From positions 588,274 through 652,273 of the forward strand of contig NW_015164664.1 in NCBI RefSeq assembly GCF_001447785.1: DNA of 64,000 nucleotides. The letters run 5' to 3'. This stretch comes from Gekko japonicus. Its lineage: Eukaryota. This document shows, in pieces, positions 23,741 through 36,000 of this stretch. Position 1 is the stretch's first letter, and each line of letters starts with the position of its first letter. The notes beneath the pieces were generated by a model. It searched no databases. It was not told the origin of the DNA and saw only the letters and a list, made by a program, of their open reading frames with translations. The translations under genes and the position numbers were made by a program.

Positions 23741-23955
23741 AGGTAGCTTATACATAATTAAAACCTCAAACAACAATAAGACCTTAAATTCTCCCCCTAC
23801 CAGTAAAGGCTAATAACTTGCAGTAAAATTCATACAAATGACACTCCATGTGTCTAAAACAGCCTTACAGCCCCCTTCCTTCTTCTGGGACTCCATTCCA
23901 GAATGTGGGAGCAACTACAGAAAAAGCATGGGCCCTGTTATTAGTAAGAATAGCC

Positions 23956-24421
23956 ACCTCATGGATGCAGTTACCAATAAATTACCTTATAATTCTCAAA
24001 TATCAAACCAATCGTAATTCACAGGAAAATGGTATCCAATCTTAGATTACCTGGCTCAGCAGCACTTTGTATCCTCTCAGTGGTCACAATTTTATAAATG
24101 GATCTGAAACATTATTAATCTATTAACGTTTTTCTCTTAAATTACTTCTACTGTCTTAGTTCTGTATCTTGTCTATAAACGGTCATTAAGTTATTGTCTT
24201 TATTATTTAAAAAGCAGAGCACTAACTTAATGCATAAAAAAATCTTTGATGAGTATGAAAGTCTGTACTTAACGTGATGGATTAGAGTTAATGGTACATC
24301 AAAATATGTTCTTAATTTACAGTATCGTGTTTGTTTTGAATTTGTACTTTGTATAATTTCACTTGTATAAACTGTTATAAATTTGCAATGTTAATCTGAA
24401 TAAAAACTATAAATTTAAAAA
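23956..24421 (+). mobile_element. 5'-truncated L1 (end of ORF2, 3'UTR, polyA)
   Basis: Peptide remnant LMDAVTNKL...F.GKWYPILDYL; AATAAA and A-tail; 10-bp TSD aagaatagcc (23946-23955, 24422-24431). Confidence 0.65.
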
Positions 24422-25434
24422 AAGAATAGCCTGGGGAAGGGGAGCAAATGGTATAGGGGAAGGAAGGTTAACTCTCCCTCCCATGGTGCTGGAGTCTGAA
24501 TCTTAATCAACCCCCCCCGGACTGGCGCTGTAAGATTGGCTCCTGTACAGCATAACTGTGCCTGTGATTCATGTGGGGAGCTGCTCTTTGCAGGGAGCCA
24601 TTTACAGTGGCCCTGCATATGGCTGTCAGACCTTGTGTTTGGTTTTATCAAGCTGCTATCCCATTCTGGCTGCAGGTAGAGAACGCATTGGCAAAACCAT
24701 TGTTTATGTGTTCAGGATGACTCAGTGTGAGTAGATGTACCCCCGCACCCTTGCAGTCATCTTGATTGCAGCTCTACATGTCATTGTATAATACCTCACC
24801 CCAAAATATATTTTTTTTCAAAATATAAGCCGGAATGGGAAAAACAGTTCCCAACATGAAGCTGCTTTATAGTGAATCAGACAACTGACCATATACTGAT
24901 GGAGCATTGCTCTATCAAGGTCAGTATTGCCCACTCTGACTGGCAGCAGCTATCCATGATCTCACCTACTTGGTCCATTTAACTGGCTGTGCTGGGGCTT
25001 GCATCTGGGACCCTCTGCATGCAAAGCAGCTGTTCTACCAGAAAGTTATGCCCCCTTAAAAAAAAAAACAGCAAAAGTTGGGTTGTGTGGACACCAACAC
25101 AAAAAACATGGTTGTATGAATTGGGAGAATGCCACAGCTAATATATGGCAATTTTATTAATGGTGCAGGCCTACGAGGAAAGAAAGTTTCAAACAGGACA
25201 AAAACCAGACACAGAAAACTGGCATGAATACTGATTCCAGGTTTAGAACTTGTTGTATTGGTGTGGTGGAAGAGAGACAGGCAGTTCTGGAAGAGGCTCT
25301 TTTTGAAGCCAAATACTCCTACTACCTCTGTGTTATTAGCAGCATGTGACGTGACCCTCTCCTGCCTCCCTCTCCTGGCATGACTGCTCTGACCAGACCA
25401 GTCTCTTGTCTTTTCTTTGCAGGAGTGAGGAAGA

Positions 25435-26271
25435 ATGAAGTGGGAAGGCTTCTACTCCCTTGTGATTGGTGTGAACCGTCACTCCACAGCCGTTGGCCGC
25501 ATCTGGCTCTCGGTAGTGTTCATCTTCCGCATCATGGTGTTGGTGGTAGCTGCTGAAAGTGTCTGGGGAGACGAGCAAGCCTCTTTCATCTGCAACACGC
25601 TACAGCCTGGTTGCAAGAACGTCTGCTATGACCACTACTTCCCCATCTCCCACATCCGCCTGTGGGCCCTGCAGCTCATCCTGGTGACCACTCCGGCCTT
25701 GCTCGTGGCCATGCACGTGGCATACCAGCAGCATCAGGAGAAGAAGCTGTTAGTGATGACAGGCCATGGGGATGCCAAGCACTTGGAAGAGGTCAAGAAA
25801 CACAAGATGCGCATTTCAGGGTCCCTATGGTGGACTTATGTTTGCAGCGTGATCTTCCGCATCATCTTTGAAGGAACCTTCATGTACATCTTTTATGTCA
25901 TCTACCCTGGGTATCAGATGGTCCGTCTGGTCAAATGCAATGATTATCCCTGCCCCAACTTTGTTGACTGCTTTGTCTCACGGCCCACAGAGAAGACAAT
26001 TTTCACTGTTTTCATGCTGACCACCTCTGCCATTTGTATTGTCCTCAACGTGATTGAACTGGTGTACTTGCTGGTGCGGGCATGTGCCCGCCGTGGTCAC
26101 CGAAACCCTAACCCATCTTCAGGAAAGGGCTCCTTCCTGGGCCACAAGCTGTCCGAGTACAAGCAGAATGAAATCAACCAACTGCTGACAGAACAGGACA
26201 GCTCCCTCAAGGACATTCTCCGTCGTAATTCAGGGGCACAGGAGAAGACTGACCGCTGTTCAGCCTGCTAA
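25435..26271 (+). CDS. GJB1: Gap junction beta-1 protein (connexin 32), 278 aa, single coding exon
   Basis: [36 protein letters not shown], both triple-Cys loops, Cx32-specific tail [25 protein letters not shown]; adjacent to ZMYM3 as in mammals. Confidence 0.97.
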   Translation: MKWEGFYSLVIGVNRHSTAVGRIWLSVVFIFRIMVLVVAAESVWGDEQASFICNTLQPGCKNVCYDHYFPISHIRLWALQLILVTTPALLVAMHVAYQQHQEKKLLVMTGHGDAKHLEEVKKHKMRISGSLWWTYVCSVIFRIIFEGTFMYIFYVIYPGYQMVRLVKCNDYPCPNFVDCFVSRPTEKTIFTVFMLTTSAICIVLNVIELVYLLVRACARRGHRNPNPSSGKGSFLGHKLSEYKQNEINQLLTEQDSSLKDILRRNSGAQEKTDRCSAC

Positions 26272-26827
26272 GGGTATTGGGACCATGGAGGTGGTGCTTG
26301 GTTGCAGTAGACAGGACTGGGAAGAGAATGTGGGACTCATCTGTGAGTTGCTGTGGGTGGGAGGTGGCAGGGTCTTTCTTATGAAGGAAGTTCCCTCATA
26401 GTGCCTTCAGCCCCTCTACCAGCCTTCACTTCATCACTGGCCCTGACCATTCTTTTAGCTCCCTGCTGCCAGCCTACCAGCTGCCTAGAGGCATGATTTC
26501 CATGGATTTGGTAAGAATTGGTATAGTTGCTGCAGAACCTACCAGCTGCAGAATATTTGCAAGAAGATTTCAACTTGACCTCTGTTGCCCATGCTGCCTG
26601 GGTGAATAGGGAAGGCATGGTGGCTTCCACTTAGAGCTCCCAAAGAAACCGCAGTTGCAGTTTGGGGAGACCCTTCCCTTTCTTGGGTCCTGCACCGCCT
26701 AATCCTCTCCAAAAGAAGGGGCGGAGGAATCAACGTAATCTTAACACTGCACATAATTTTGCGTTGTAAATTCTGGAAGCAAAATTTAGATTTCATCTCT
26801 GTCAATTTTGGAATTTTGCGGTGCAGA

Positions 26828-26833
26828 AATAAA
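26828..26833 (+). terminator. Candidate GJB1 polyadenylation signal AATAAA (alternative ATTAAA at 27266-27271)
   Basis: First canonical hexamer after the stop codon. Confidence 0.4.
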
Positions 26834-28574
26834 ATCACAAGGATTCCTGCCATCTTTCTGCAGGGCAACAGATCAGCTACTTCAGTCCTTGTGTTTATAG
26901 CCTGGCACTTAATGCCCATCTTTTGTGCCCTGGATCTGGGCTGTCATAACACAAGCACCAAAGGAAGATGTCCCCATGCAGAATTGCCACCTTTGCCCAC
27001 CACCAGGGCTCCTGTGTCTCTCAGCAGCAGGGCAGGGAGACGTTCAAGAGGAGCCACTTGCCTCGGCAACAATGACAGAAAGGAACCCCTCTTGAACTTC
27101 TGCCAGTGGCACAAGTGTAAAAATGGGGGCCAATCCTAAGTCTTGGTTGCTGCTCTCATTTGGCAAGGGAAGGATTGGGAGGTTGCCAAGCCGAGGTGTG
27201 TGTGTGTGTGGGGGGGCAAACTGCTCTTCTCTCCAGTCTCACATCCCTATACCAAAGCAATCAGTATTAAAAGCTGATTTTACAATTCTGCCTTCAGTCA
27301 TTTGTCTGTAGGGCTCTTGTCTGTAACTTAAACTACCAAGAGATAAAGACTTGTGGTAAGTGGGACACGCTTATACTCCCAGTGGGAGACTGAAATAGAG
27401 AGAAGCAGGTGTGCACAAACACACCCTCCATCTGAAGCTTGGGGAGGGGCGCTGCTGTCTGGGAGAGACAGTGTGTGCTCAAACTGCCCCCCCCCCCCGG
27501 GACTGTCATAATGCTGTCATCTCCACATGTAGTTGCAGGCCAACAGCTGCAGGTCCCAGTCACCTATTATAAGCAGTGGTGGCTGCACTTCTTCACAATG
27601 CATCTAGGACTCTGCGCAAGAATTTCAGGGCAAATCTCCTCCTTGTGCACTAGTGGGGCTCTGGGCCTTTGCAAAATGACTTTTCTGTAGTTGAGGTGAA
27701 AAGGAGGCACCCAGCTTCCTACATGGAAATAGTGGCACTTCATGAAGACTGGGACAAGCATTTGTTTTTGGAAATGTGTATGCAGCCCTCTCTAGCAACA
27801 TTTTGGTGTTCAGAATAGCTTTACAAAATCATCAGAACATGAGCAAGTGAAGCAGCAACAGTAGCATGCTAGTCCAGCAGACTGTCTTTCCACATCACTC
27901 CTCCAAGGAGCATAATTGCTCTTCCTCCCCAATTCTAGGTTTAGGTGAATTCACACATGTATGCTTACTCCTCAGTGGCTGCAACATCAAGTGGTATTTT
28001 GCGTGTGTGAACCATAGCACACACACCAAACACCACAGACACCTTGTACGCAGGACGTTTCAAACACAGGCAGTTCACACATTCAGCTACAAGACAGAGG
28101 GCAAATCTTTTTCCATGGACTCCTTGTTCAAACTTGCTGCATTACAGATGCCACTGGAGGGAGAATGCTGTCGGCTGACTATGAAAACCAGGCTTTCAGT
28201 CTGAAGAACATTTTCCTGACAGTAAAGCCCCACTGAGTAAAACTGCTTAGGGTTGCTCCATCAGGTAGGATTTAGGGGAGTGGAGATACTGGAGAGCAGT
28301 GGGGCTCAAGTGGTGTACTCAACAATCCAAACCTTACTTTTTCTGTCAGAGAGAGCACTGAAAAATCATTCTGTACCTTTGGGGAGTGTTTTGATGTGAC
28401 TGTGGGGAAAATGGCTGCCAGCTCCAGTGCCTGATTGGCTAGTGCTTGGGACATCACCAACACACATCAGGAATCTTTGACACCCCCCCCAGCAGCTGTT
28501 TTTGCAATTGAGTTTAATTGTTCACATTTTTAATATGGAAGAATGCCATATGCATCCATATGACCACTCCAAAA

Positions 28575-28672
28575 ACAACAGCCATGTAATATCTTTAGAT
28601 TAGGACCAACCAAAATAACATGGAAGTGCACAAACTTTTTGAGTTTCCCAGGGTCTTTCATCAGGCTGGATG
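28575..28672 (-). mobile_element. Penelope-like pLTR remnant with decayed hammerhead core
   Basis: Minus strand ccagcCTGATGAaagaccctgggaaactcAAAAagtttgtgcac..ttggttggtcctaat. Confidence 0.55.
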
Positions 28673-29332
28673 AGAGCCCCCATCTGCATCTTGTCTGTAT
28701 CACATGGAGGTATTTATTATTATAGGTAATAAAATGGTATTGCACAACTGCTGTTTTTCGAATTTTGTTAAGTCTTTACTGCTCATACACATGGCACTAT
28801 TTAAGGCTAGCCCACCTGAAGCAAGACTGATGGGAGCTGGTATGCATGCAAGCAGGACAAGCTGCAAATCAGGTTCACACAACAGGTGGATAAGAACCCA
28901 CTGTGGCCACTGTTAAAATATGTTGACTGTGTTTGCTCCAAGCGGTCTCTTAACTTCTGCAGGCTCAGTTGCTATGCAAGGGCACAGGAAATGCCTGACA
29001 GCGGGACAACAGAAGACCAGAGTCCACAGTTCCTACTGCGGCAGCACAAGCCCTCTCACCGACGTCTCCTAGTGGCCCAAGAAAGGGGTCACAGAGGAGA
29101 GTGGCTGGCAACATTGTCATTGAACTGGGAGCAGATGCAAAGTTGTGCTAGAGGAAGTGCTTCGCCACAATGTCATGTTGCTCCAGGTTGGAGGAAGGAG
29201 TCAGCAGTAAAGGGGAGCTGACTGCCATAGCTTCCATGCTGGGTCAGCCAGAGGAAGGAAATGACCCTCCAACAGCACACATGCAGCCAGAGGCGGGTCA
29301 CTCCAAGGTCCTGTGAGCTGGAGAGCACTTAC

Positions 29333-29696
29333 CTAAATATAACCCCTGTACCATGTACACTCACCCTGCAGGAGGGGTTATAATTAGCAAAGTGCCCAGG
29401 CCGAAAATAAAGGCAGAGGAGGTTACCCCCAATCCCCAGTGGCTACTGTACTGGTCAGTCATGGCAAGAGCCAATAAGCAACAAAGCTCTGATGGCAACA
29501 AGGCCCTGCCTTGGACAGAGACTCAAGAGCTCAGTTCTCCGGTGATGGTACCAACGAACGGCAACAGCTGGTCAGGCACTTGTGGGCTCTTGCTTTTAGC
29601 TTCCTTTGAGGGGGGGGCAGTGCTCTTTGGGCAAGAGATGCTCGACAGGACTGCAGCCGATTGATGCTGGTGCTTCTGAAGCTGGAAGTGGTGAGT
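29333..29696 (+). promoter_or_regulatory. Candidate promoter/enhancer and non-coding first exon of the second connexin
   Basis: Two MEF2 consensus sites (29333-29342, 29378-29387), CCAAT at about 29471, CAGCTG E-box at about 29565, donor GTG|GTGAGT at 29690/29691. Confidence 0.5.
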
Positions 29697-30144
29697 TTTG
29701 CTGCAGCTACTGCAGGGATTTTCTTGCCTCTGGTCTTCAGCTGCATACCTGCAGTAATTTCAGTTCTTGAATAGGGCAGTGGCAGTATGTTCCCTGTATG
29801 TTCCCCTTAGGCTAGGGTAGTGCTGCAGAGTAATACCATTTGGTTGTGCTTGCAGGGGCAACAGAGCTAAATACAGGAAAGAGGCAGAGCTGCTACTCCT
29901 GGCCAGTAACTGGTTAACCAGGCCTGGGGCCTCTGTTGCCTTTGGTCAGATTAAACTCAGGCTTTGAGAGGCACAATGGGTACCACCAGAGAACAAAGGC
30001 AGAATGAGCCAGGTCGGCAAACTCAGCACAGGTAGAACCCGCCCCTCCTGGCATCTCACTCCCTTTGTGTTAACAGAAGGTGCTCCAATGCCTCTAATGG
30101 CATCTGCCTGTCCCTCTCTTTCAGGGCAAACAAATGTGGTGCCC

Positions 30145-31080
30145 ATGGGGGACTGGCACCTGCTTGGAAGGCTGCTGGAGAGTGTGCAGGAGCACTCCAC
30201 AGTCGTGGGCAAAGTCTGGCTGACGGTGCTCTTCATCTTCCGCATTCTGGTCCTGGGTGCTGCTGCAGAGAAAGTGTGGGGGGACGAGCAGTCCAACTTC
30301 TCCTGCGACACCAAGCAGCCCGGCTGCCAGAGCGTCTGCTACGACCAGACCTTCCCCATCTCCCACATCCGGTTCTGGGTGCTGCAGATCATCTTTGTCT
30401 CCACACCCAGCCTCATCTACCTGGGCCACATCCTGCACCTGGTGCGCATGGAACAGAAGGAACAAGAAAGCCTGGAAGCTCAGGGTAGCAGCTCCCTTAC
30501 GGGACACCCTAACCCTAACCCCACCAAGGTCTCCATTCGGGATACTCAAGGTAGGATCCGCCTCCAGGGGGCCATTCTGAGGACTTACATTTGCAACATC
30601 ATCTTCAAGACCCTCTTTGAGGTGGGCTTCATCTTGGGGCAGTATGTCCTGTATGGTTTTGAGCTGAAGCCTCTCTACACCTGCAGCCGCTGGCCCTGCC
30701 CCAACACAGTCAATTGCTACATCTCCCGCCCCACTGAGAAAACGATCTTCATCCTCTTCATGCTAGCCGTGGCCTGCCTCTCCCTCCTGCTCAACATAGT
30801 AGAGGTGTACCACGTGGCCTTCACCAAATGCAGGGTGAGACAGTCAGCCAGACACAATCCAGGTGCTGAGGAGGAGGCTAGGAGTCCCGATCCCCAAGGA
30901 CATGGGAGCACTACTCCACCCCGTAGTATCACTTTGCAGTCTAGGGACAAGGTCTCTAAGGGGGAGAGCCCTGGAGCAGGGATGGTGAATGACAGCCCCG
31001 CTTGGGTTGCGAGCCAGAAGCGAGACAGCAAGTGCAGCAAGACTGGCAGCAAATGGAAGCCTGGCGACCTAGCTGTTTAG
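30145..31080 (+). CDS. Alpha-type connexin, GJA3-like (probable gja2/cx39.9 group), 311 aa
   Basis: [50 protein letters not shown], Cys patterns C-x6-C-x3-C and C-x4-C-x5-[11 protein letters not shown]-terminal PDZ-type DLAV; acceptor ctctctttcag at 30124. Confidence 0.93.
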   Translation: MGDWHLLGRLLESVQEHSTVVGKVWLTVLFIFRILVLGAAAEKVWGDEQSNFSCDTKQPGCQSVCYDQTFPISHIRFWVLQIIFVSTPSLIYLGHILHLVRMEQKEQESLEAQGSSSLTGHPNPNPTKVSIRDTQGRIRLQGAILRTYICNIIFKTLFEVGFILGQYVLYGFELKPLYTCSRWPCPNTVNCYISRPTEKTIFILFMLAVACLSLLLNIVEVYHVAFTKCRVRQSARHNPGAEEEARSPDPQGHGSTTPPRSITLQSRDKVSKGESPGAGMVNDSPAWVASQKRDSKCSKTGSKWKPGDLAV

Positions 31081-31970
31081 CCCAGTGGATGCTGTGCTCG
31101 GAGACAGCGAGACTGTGGAGCTGATGTGGTCAGCCTAGAACCCAAACCCCCAAGCGTCTCCCCATTGCCTGACTAGAAAAGAAGAGATGCAGAAGCCAGG
31201 ACCCTTGAAGGAGTGAAGCGGTGGTGGGGAGAACAACCCTCTCACTGCCTGGGCCTGTCCACACCCCTTTCAAGTTAGGAAGCAGTAGCTGAGCAGAAGG
31301 ACAGGAGCAGAGACTGCGGCGGAGGTCTTCCCAGCTCAGCAGGATATTCTGGGGCTGGTCTCATAGCTAAACAGAGCATCTAAGAACTAACGGTCTGCCT
31401 GGTACACTCCATATCCCCCCCCCCTTTAAAGTATATGGTAAGACCCATCCCTTCTGACCCTTGGTAGGAACAGCAGGAAAGCCAGCAGGAGAGTGTGCTG
31501 GCCGTGTGGCTCATGCTTGGGTCTAGGATGAGGTCTGCAGAGCCTCTTGCCACCTAGTGGTCGGAACAGACAAGGGCACCCAAGCGGCAGGAAGAAGCTC
31601 CTCCATGGGTTCCAAATGCAAATAGGGAAGCAAAGGAAGGGGAGCTTGCCTCTCACCTGCATGAGCCTGTCAGATCACTGTCTATCAAGTGAAACTATCC
31701 TGACAACCGGGGCTCTCAGGTTCACATCTTTCACATTACTGAATCATTTCTCTAACTGGAGGTGCCAAAAACTGAACCCGGGGCCCTCTGAATGCAAAGC
31801 AGATGCTCTAGCACTGAGCCACGGCCCCTCCCCTTGGCCCTGGGTGCTGACTGGTACACAGGCTCCAGTGCTATGGGAAAGGGAGCCAACTGGCACACCC
31901 TCATCGGCAGAAGCCCCAGACTGTCCTCACTGCCGAAAGAGAGGCAAAGACAGCATGCAGGTTTTGTGCC

Positions 31971-31976
31971 TTTATT
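31971..31976 (-). terminator. ZMYM3 polyadenylation signal AATAAA
   Basis: tttatt on +, about 830 nt past the ZMYM3 stop; a Pumilio-type TGTATATA lies upstream at 32096-32103. Confidence 0.65.
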
Positions 31977-32798
31977 TGAAATGAATGGTTTCCAGAGAGA
32001 CACGGGGCGGGTCCTAACACCCCGGTATCACTACAATGAGACCCGCAACTGGCTCACTCGTGACAAGGATACAGACAGGGGCTGGGCCAGAACAATATAT
32101 ACAGGCTCGACAGACGGCACCACCACCAGCCATAGCTCAGAGTTCAACGCAACACACAGACAAACGGAGAAGGAGGGGGGACGCCGGGCAGCCGACGCCC
32201 CACGGGGCGGTGGGCAAGCTATGCTTTGGGGAAGCAGGGCAAGAGACTGCCCAGATGTCATTCAGGCCTGCTCCCCCAGCACACACAAAGAGTATCCAGC
32301 TGTTGGGAGGGGGAGGGGGAGGGCTGTCACCCAGAGGAGAGAAGAAAGCCCCAAGCAAGAGAATGTGCACACAAGGAGCCCATGCCCCCCCTCCCCTAGT
32401 CGGGGAAAGGCTCATGCCCACACAGCTGCCCCCCCCGCCACCCACAAGGGCCTAACGCCGGCCAGGATGCTCTCCGCGTCCTCCTCACACCCCAAAGAAC
32501 AATTCATGAAGCTCCCCCCTCCCGGCCTGGTGCCGCAGAAGAAGACCCTGGCCAGGGGAGAAGGAGCAGGCAAGCAGGCACTCCTAGGCAGAACGAGAAG
32601 AGGGGAAAGGGCAGGAGGCTCTGGCCCCTCGAGGGAGCGGGGCGTCACTAGCATGGAGTGGGGGGCGTGTTGAGAGAGTCCTACGTGCCTGTAACCCCAG
32701 GCAGGGAAGGGGTAGCTAGCCACACCTCCCCGCCCCCCACCCTCTGGCTGGAGCAGCGCCGGGCCCCGCAGTCTCCCTCCGGCCAGGCTGGCACCGGC

Positions 32799-33000
32799 TC
32801 AGTCCATATCGTCATCCAGACCGCCGCCCCCGCGGCTGTGCTCCTCATAGATCTCGCGCACGGCTAGGATACGGTGCAGCAGCCTCTCAAGCATGCTTTT
32901 GTCCATGGGGATGACCGAGTACCACAGCGGTGACTCGGCGACGCACGATCGCTCCGGCTGCAGGTAGAACACATCGTTGCGGTTTCGAAGGCTCTCGGGG
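32799..33000 (-). CDS. ZMYM3: ZMYM3 coding exon 24 (last), stop TGA at 32799-32801
   Basis: PESLRNRNDVFYLQPERSCVAESPLWYSVIPMDKSML..ILAVREIYEE..DDDMD*. Confidence 0.93.
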
Positions 33001-36000
33001 CTGTGGCCAGAAAAAGAGAAAAGAGAATACTCACCTGGGTGGGAAGCAGAGAGATGGGCACCGGTGGGAGCTTAGCCAGACCCTCCGTTTCTGCAACGCT
33101 TTTCTTTGTGCCTCTGCAGCCTATGTGGGTAACTCCTAGCCAGGGAACGGGATCCACACGGCTGTGCAGAAGCACAGAGAGCCGAACTCCCAACATGATC
33201 TGTCTGCTTAGTGCTGCTCGCGCTAAGCTGGTTTTCAAGCCGGTTGCTTCCACACCCACCGGGCCCCACCAAGCCGCCGCTGCTACTTTTCATGCTCTCC
33301 ACAACCAGTGCCCTTGTGGCCATTTTATTTTTTACTGTTACTGCCCACACCCACTTTGAGGGCGGCCAGCAGTGATGGTCATGACACTGCCTGCAGCCTC
33401 TTGGCTCCACTTCCACTGACAAAAACCTGCCTAAGGCCTCAGCCAACAACGTGGAGTCCCTGCCAGGGCCCCTCACCATTTGGACAGATAAAACTCGTAG
33501 AACTTGACCGGGCAACGCAGCGGGTTCATGCGATTCTCTCGCTGCTCCAAGACCGGTGCTTCTTCCTCCCGCTTCCGCTTGCCGAGGCCGCCATCTGCAA
33601 GGAGAGAGGTAGCTGGGTCAGGGGCTGCCCCCACGGCCGATGGGCAGGAAAAGCACACATGCAGAAAGCGCTCCCTACCTCGCCCCTTCCGGTGCCGTAC
33701 AGGAGCATAGTAGCGGATGCTCACCACCTTGGTGGTGCCCCGTGACGTGGTGCACTTGCGCGACTGTCGAACCACGTTGGTGAAGGAGAGTTGCATGTGC
33801 TCCTCAGCTGTCTGCAGCCCAAAAAACTTGGTGTTGAAGAACATGAGGGTGTTGAGGAGCACAAATGGGGAGTAGACGCCCAGCTGCTTGCACTCCCAGA
33901 GGTGCTCCTCTTCCACGCGAGAGAAGACCGTGTCTGCAAACATACAGGCCAAACGACCTCCGTCAGAGCACAGGTATGGCACAGCTGACCACAAGGCGAG
34001 AGAGAGAGAGAGCTCTGATGAACTGCACTGAATAGCCTGCGGAACTGAACTACATTGGGAGGGGTGGGAGCAGGCTATCCCCTCTGGCAGGTGACCTCTC
34101 CGAGTCCCTGACGCCACTTTGCCAGGCCAAGGCACATGTTCCCTTTTGGATCTGATACAGTGAACCTGCCCCTGCTACCAGCAATTCGCCTGCTTGCTTG
34201 TGGCTGTGTGGGCACATGTGCATGGCCAGAAACAAGTAGGGAGAAGCCAGTCAGTCATTTCTCAACAGTCTGGGGAAAGGGGAGCCCAAACAAAAATTTA
34301 AAAAACCTTGGTTCTATAGCTCGTGTAAAATTTGCATTTCCTACGCTGTACATGAATACGGAAGTTTAACAGCTAGTGCATTGAGCTTGGGCCTAGGTAT
34401 AAAGCACAGCTCATCCTTAGGCCTCAGTGGGTGGTTTATAAAATGCAGATTACAAAGGCCTTCTTCCTGGAGTTACAGTGAAACAGCCTGAGACATTAAC
34501 AGTGCCACTGGCTTCAAGGGGCTTTAGAAGGATGTAAACTCTCCTGAGAGTGGGACTGTAGGATTGCGAAAGGCGCAGCAAGCATACAACACACAGTGAT
34601 TAGTCCTAAACAGGATCAGCTGTTGTTGTTTTTTTTTGGGGGGGGGGAACGAGGACACTCAGAACAAAGGCTGATTTAGAAGCTTCCAGACAAGCTTGGG
34701 GAGGGGGGGACCACAACCTTCTTCCTTGTGGACAGCTGACCGCCTGTTAACCCTTTCCCAGCATCAGGCCCGCTCTCTTCCCAAAGGCCCTCTGAGAATC
34801 CCAGAGTGCCAGAAGAGGAGAACAGGCTTCTGCCCCGCCAAACGACGTACTGTTGGGCAGGATCGTGGTGGGCTGCCAGCCGCTGAGTGTCTTGTTGAGC
34901 TCCTGCACGAAGGTCAGGTAGTAGAGGTCTGTGAAGATGTTCACCATGCGATTGTTCTCTAGCAGATACTGGTGGGCAAGAGTGGGGGAGAAGTACAGAA
35001 TCACGCAGGGAATGCAAACTTAGCCTCACACACACACAACTGTAGCAAAAGGAATTGCAAACTGAGTAACTGCCAAACTCCTGGTATGCACTATTCCCAG
35101 TTGCAGAAGAGCTTTTTTGCCCTGGGAAGAGCCACAAAGAAATGCCTTGCTTACTTGATGCTGACATGCAGGACAAGGCCCTGTTGTTCCCTGGCAAGTG
35201 GGGAGATGATGGGTGAGGCCAGGGCCTTCCTACCTGCTGTATGCCAAGGCAGAGGTAATAGATGCTGTCGGGCTCATAGCGCTCGCCATTGGGCCGGGTG
35301 ACTTCCTTGACGAACTGAGCTAAGCCGTAATTAAGCTCTGCGGCCGTGCAGGCCAGGATGTCCTCTTTGATCCGCATAGGCTTGGCTGTGGAAACAGCAA
35401 CAGGCAGCCTCAGGCTGGGAGGGAGAGACATCAGTTTCCCAGCATCCACCCACCCACCTCTGACATTCCCTTCTTATGCAACCATGGTCACCTTCGACCC
35501 ATACTTACGGCCAAAGCGCAGCTCATCACCTTTGCTCGTTTCGCCACCGGCATACTTGGCTTGCACCCAGCTCTTCCAGGCATTCACGCCATAGGAATAG
35601 TTGAGTGCCGTACAGCTGGGCTGGCTGCTCATGGAGTCCCGTGAACAGCTCTCAGAGAGCACCAGGCGCTTCTGGCCCTACAGTGGGGACAGAAGGCGGT
35701 CTCAGGCAGGCCACTGGTCTATCAAAGTCACTATCAGCTATTCCAGCAGTGGCTCTCCAGGATCTCAAGTCAAGGTGTTTCACATCACCTACTGCCTGAT
35801 CCTTTGAGCTGACGTTCCTGGGGACTGAACCTGGGACCTTCCTGCATGCAAAGCTGGTGCTCTACCATTGAGCCATGACCCCTTCACATGCCCTCTGCAT
35901 GCATTTTTTATCAAGGCTGCAGCCAGAATCATCATCACTGAATAGTGGTTCCTGCGCACCCTGTCATCACAGGCACTTAGATAGTATCTCCAGATCATTC

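Noticed and set aside
30004-30144. 47-aa N-terminal extension of the second connexin in the ORF track
   Set aside because: Connexins start at MGDW; a splice acceptor at 30124 makes most of this stretch intronic
30507-30521. Telomere-like CCCTAACCCTAACCC
   Set aside because: Only two units, explained by Pro-Asn codons in the connexin cytoplasmic loop
31792-32673. 293-aa + strand ORF
   Set aside because: Begins in a SINE and runs antisense through the GC-rich ZMYM3 3'UTR; no protein features
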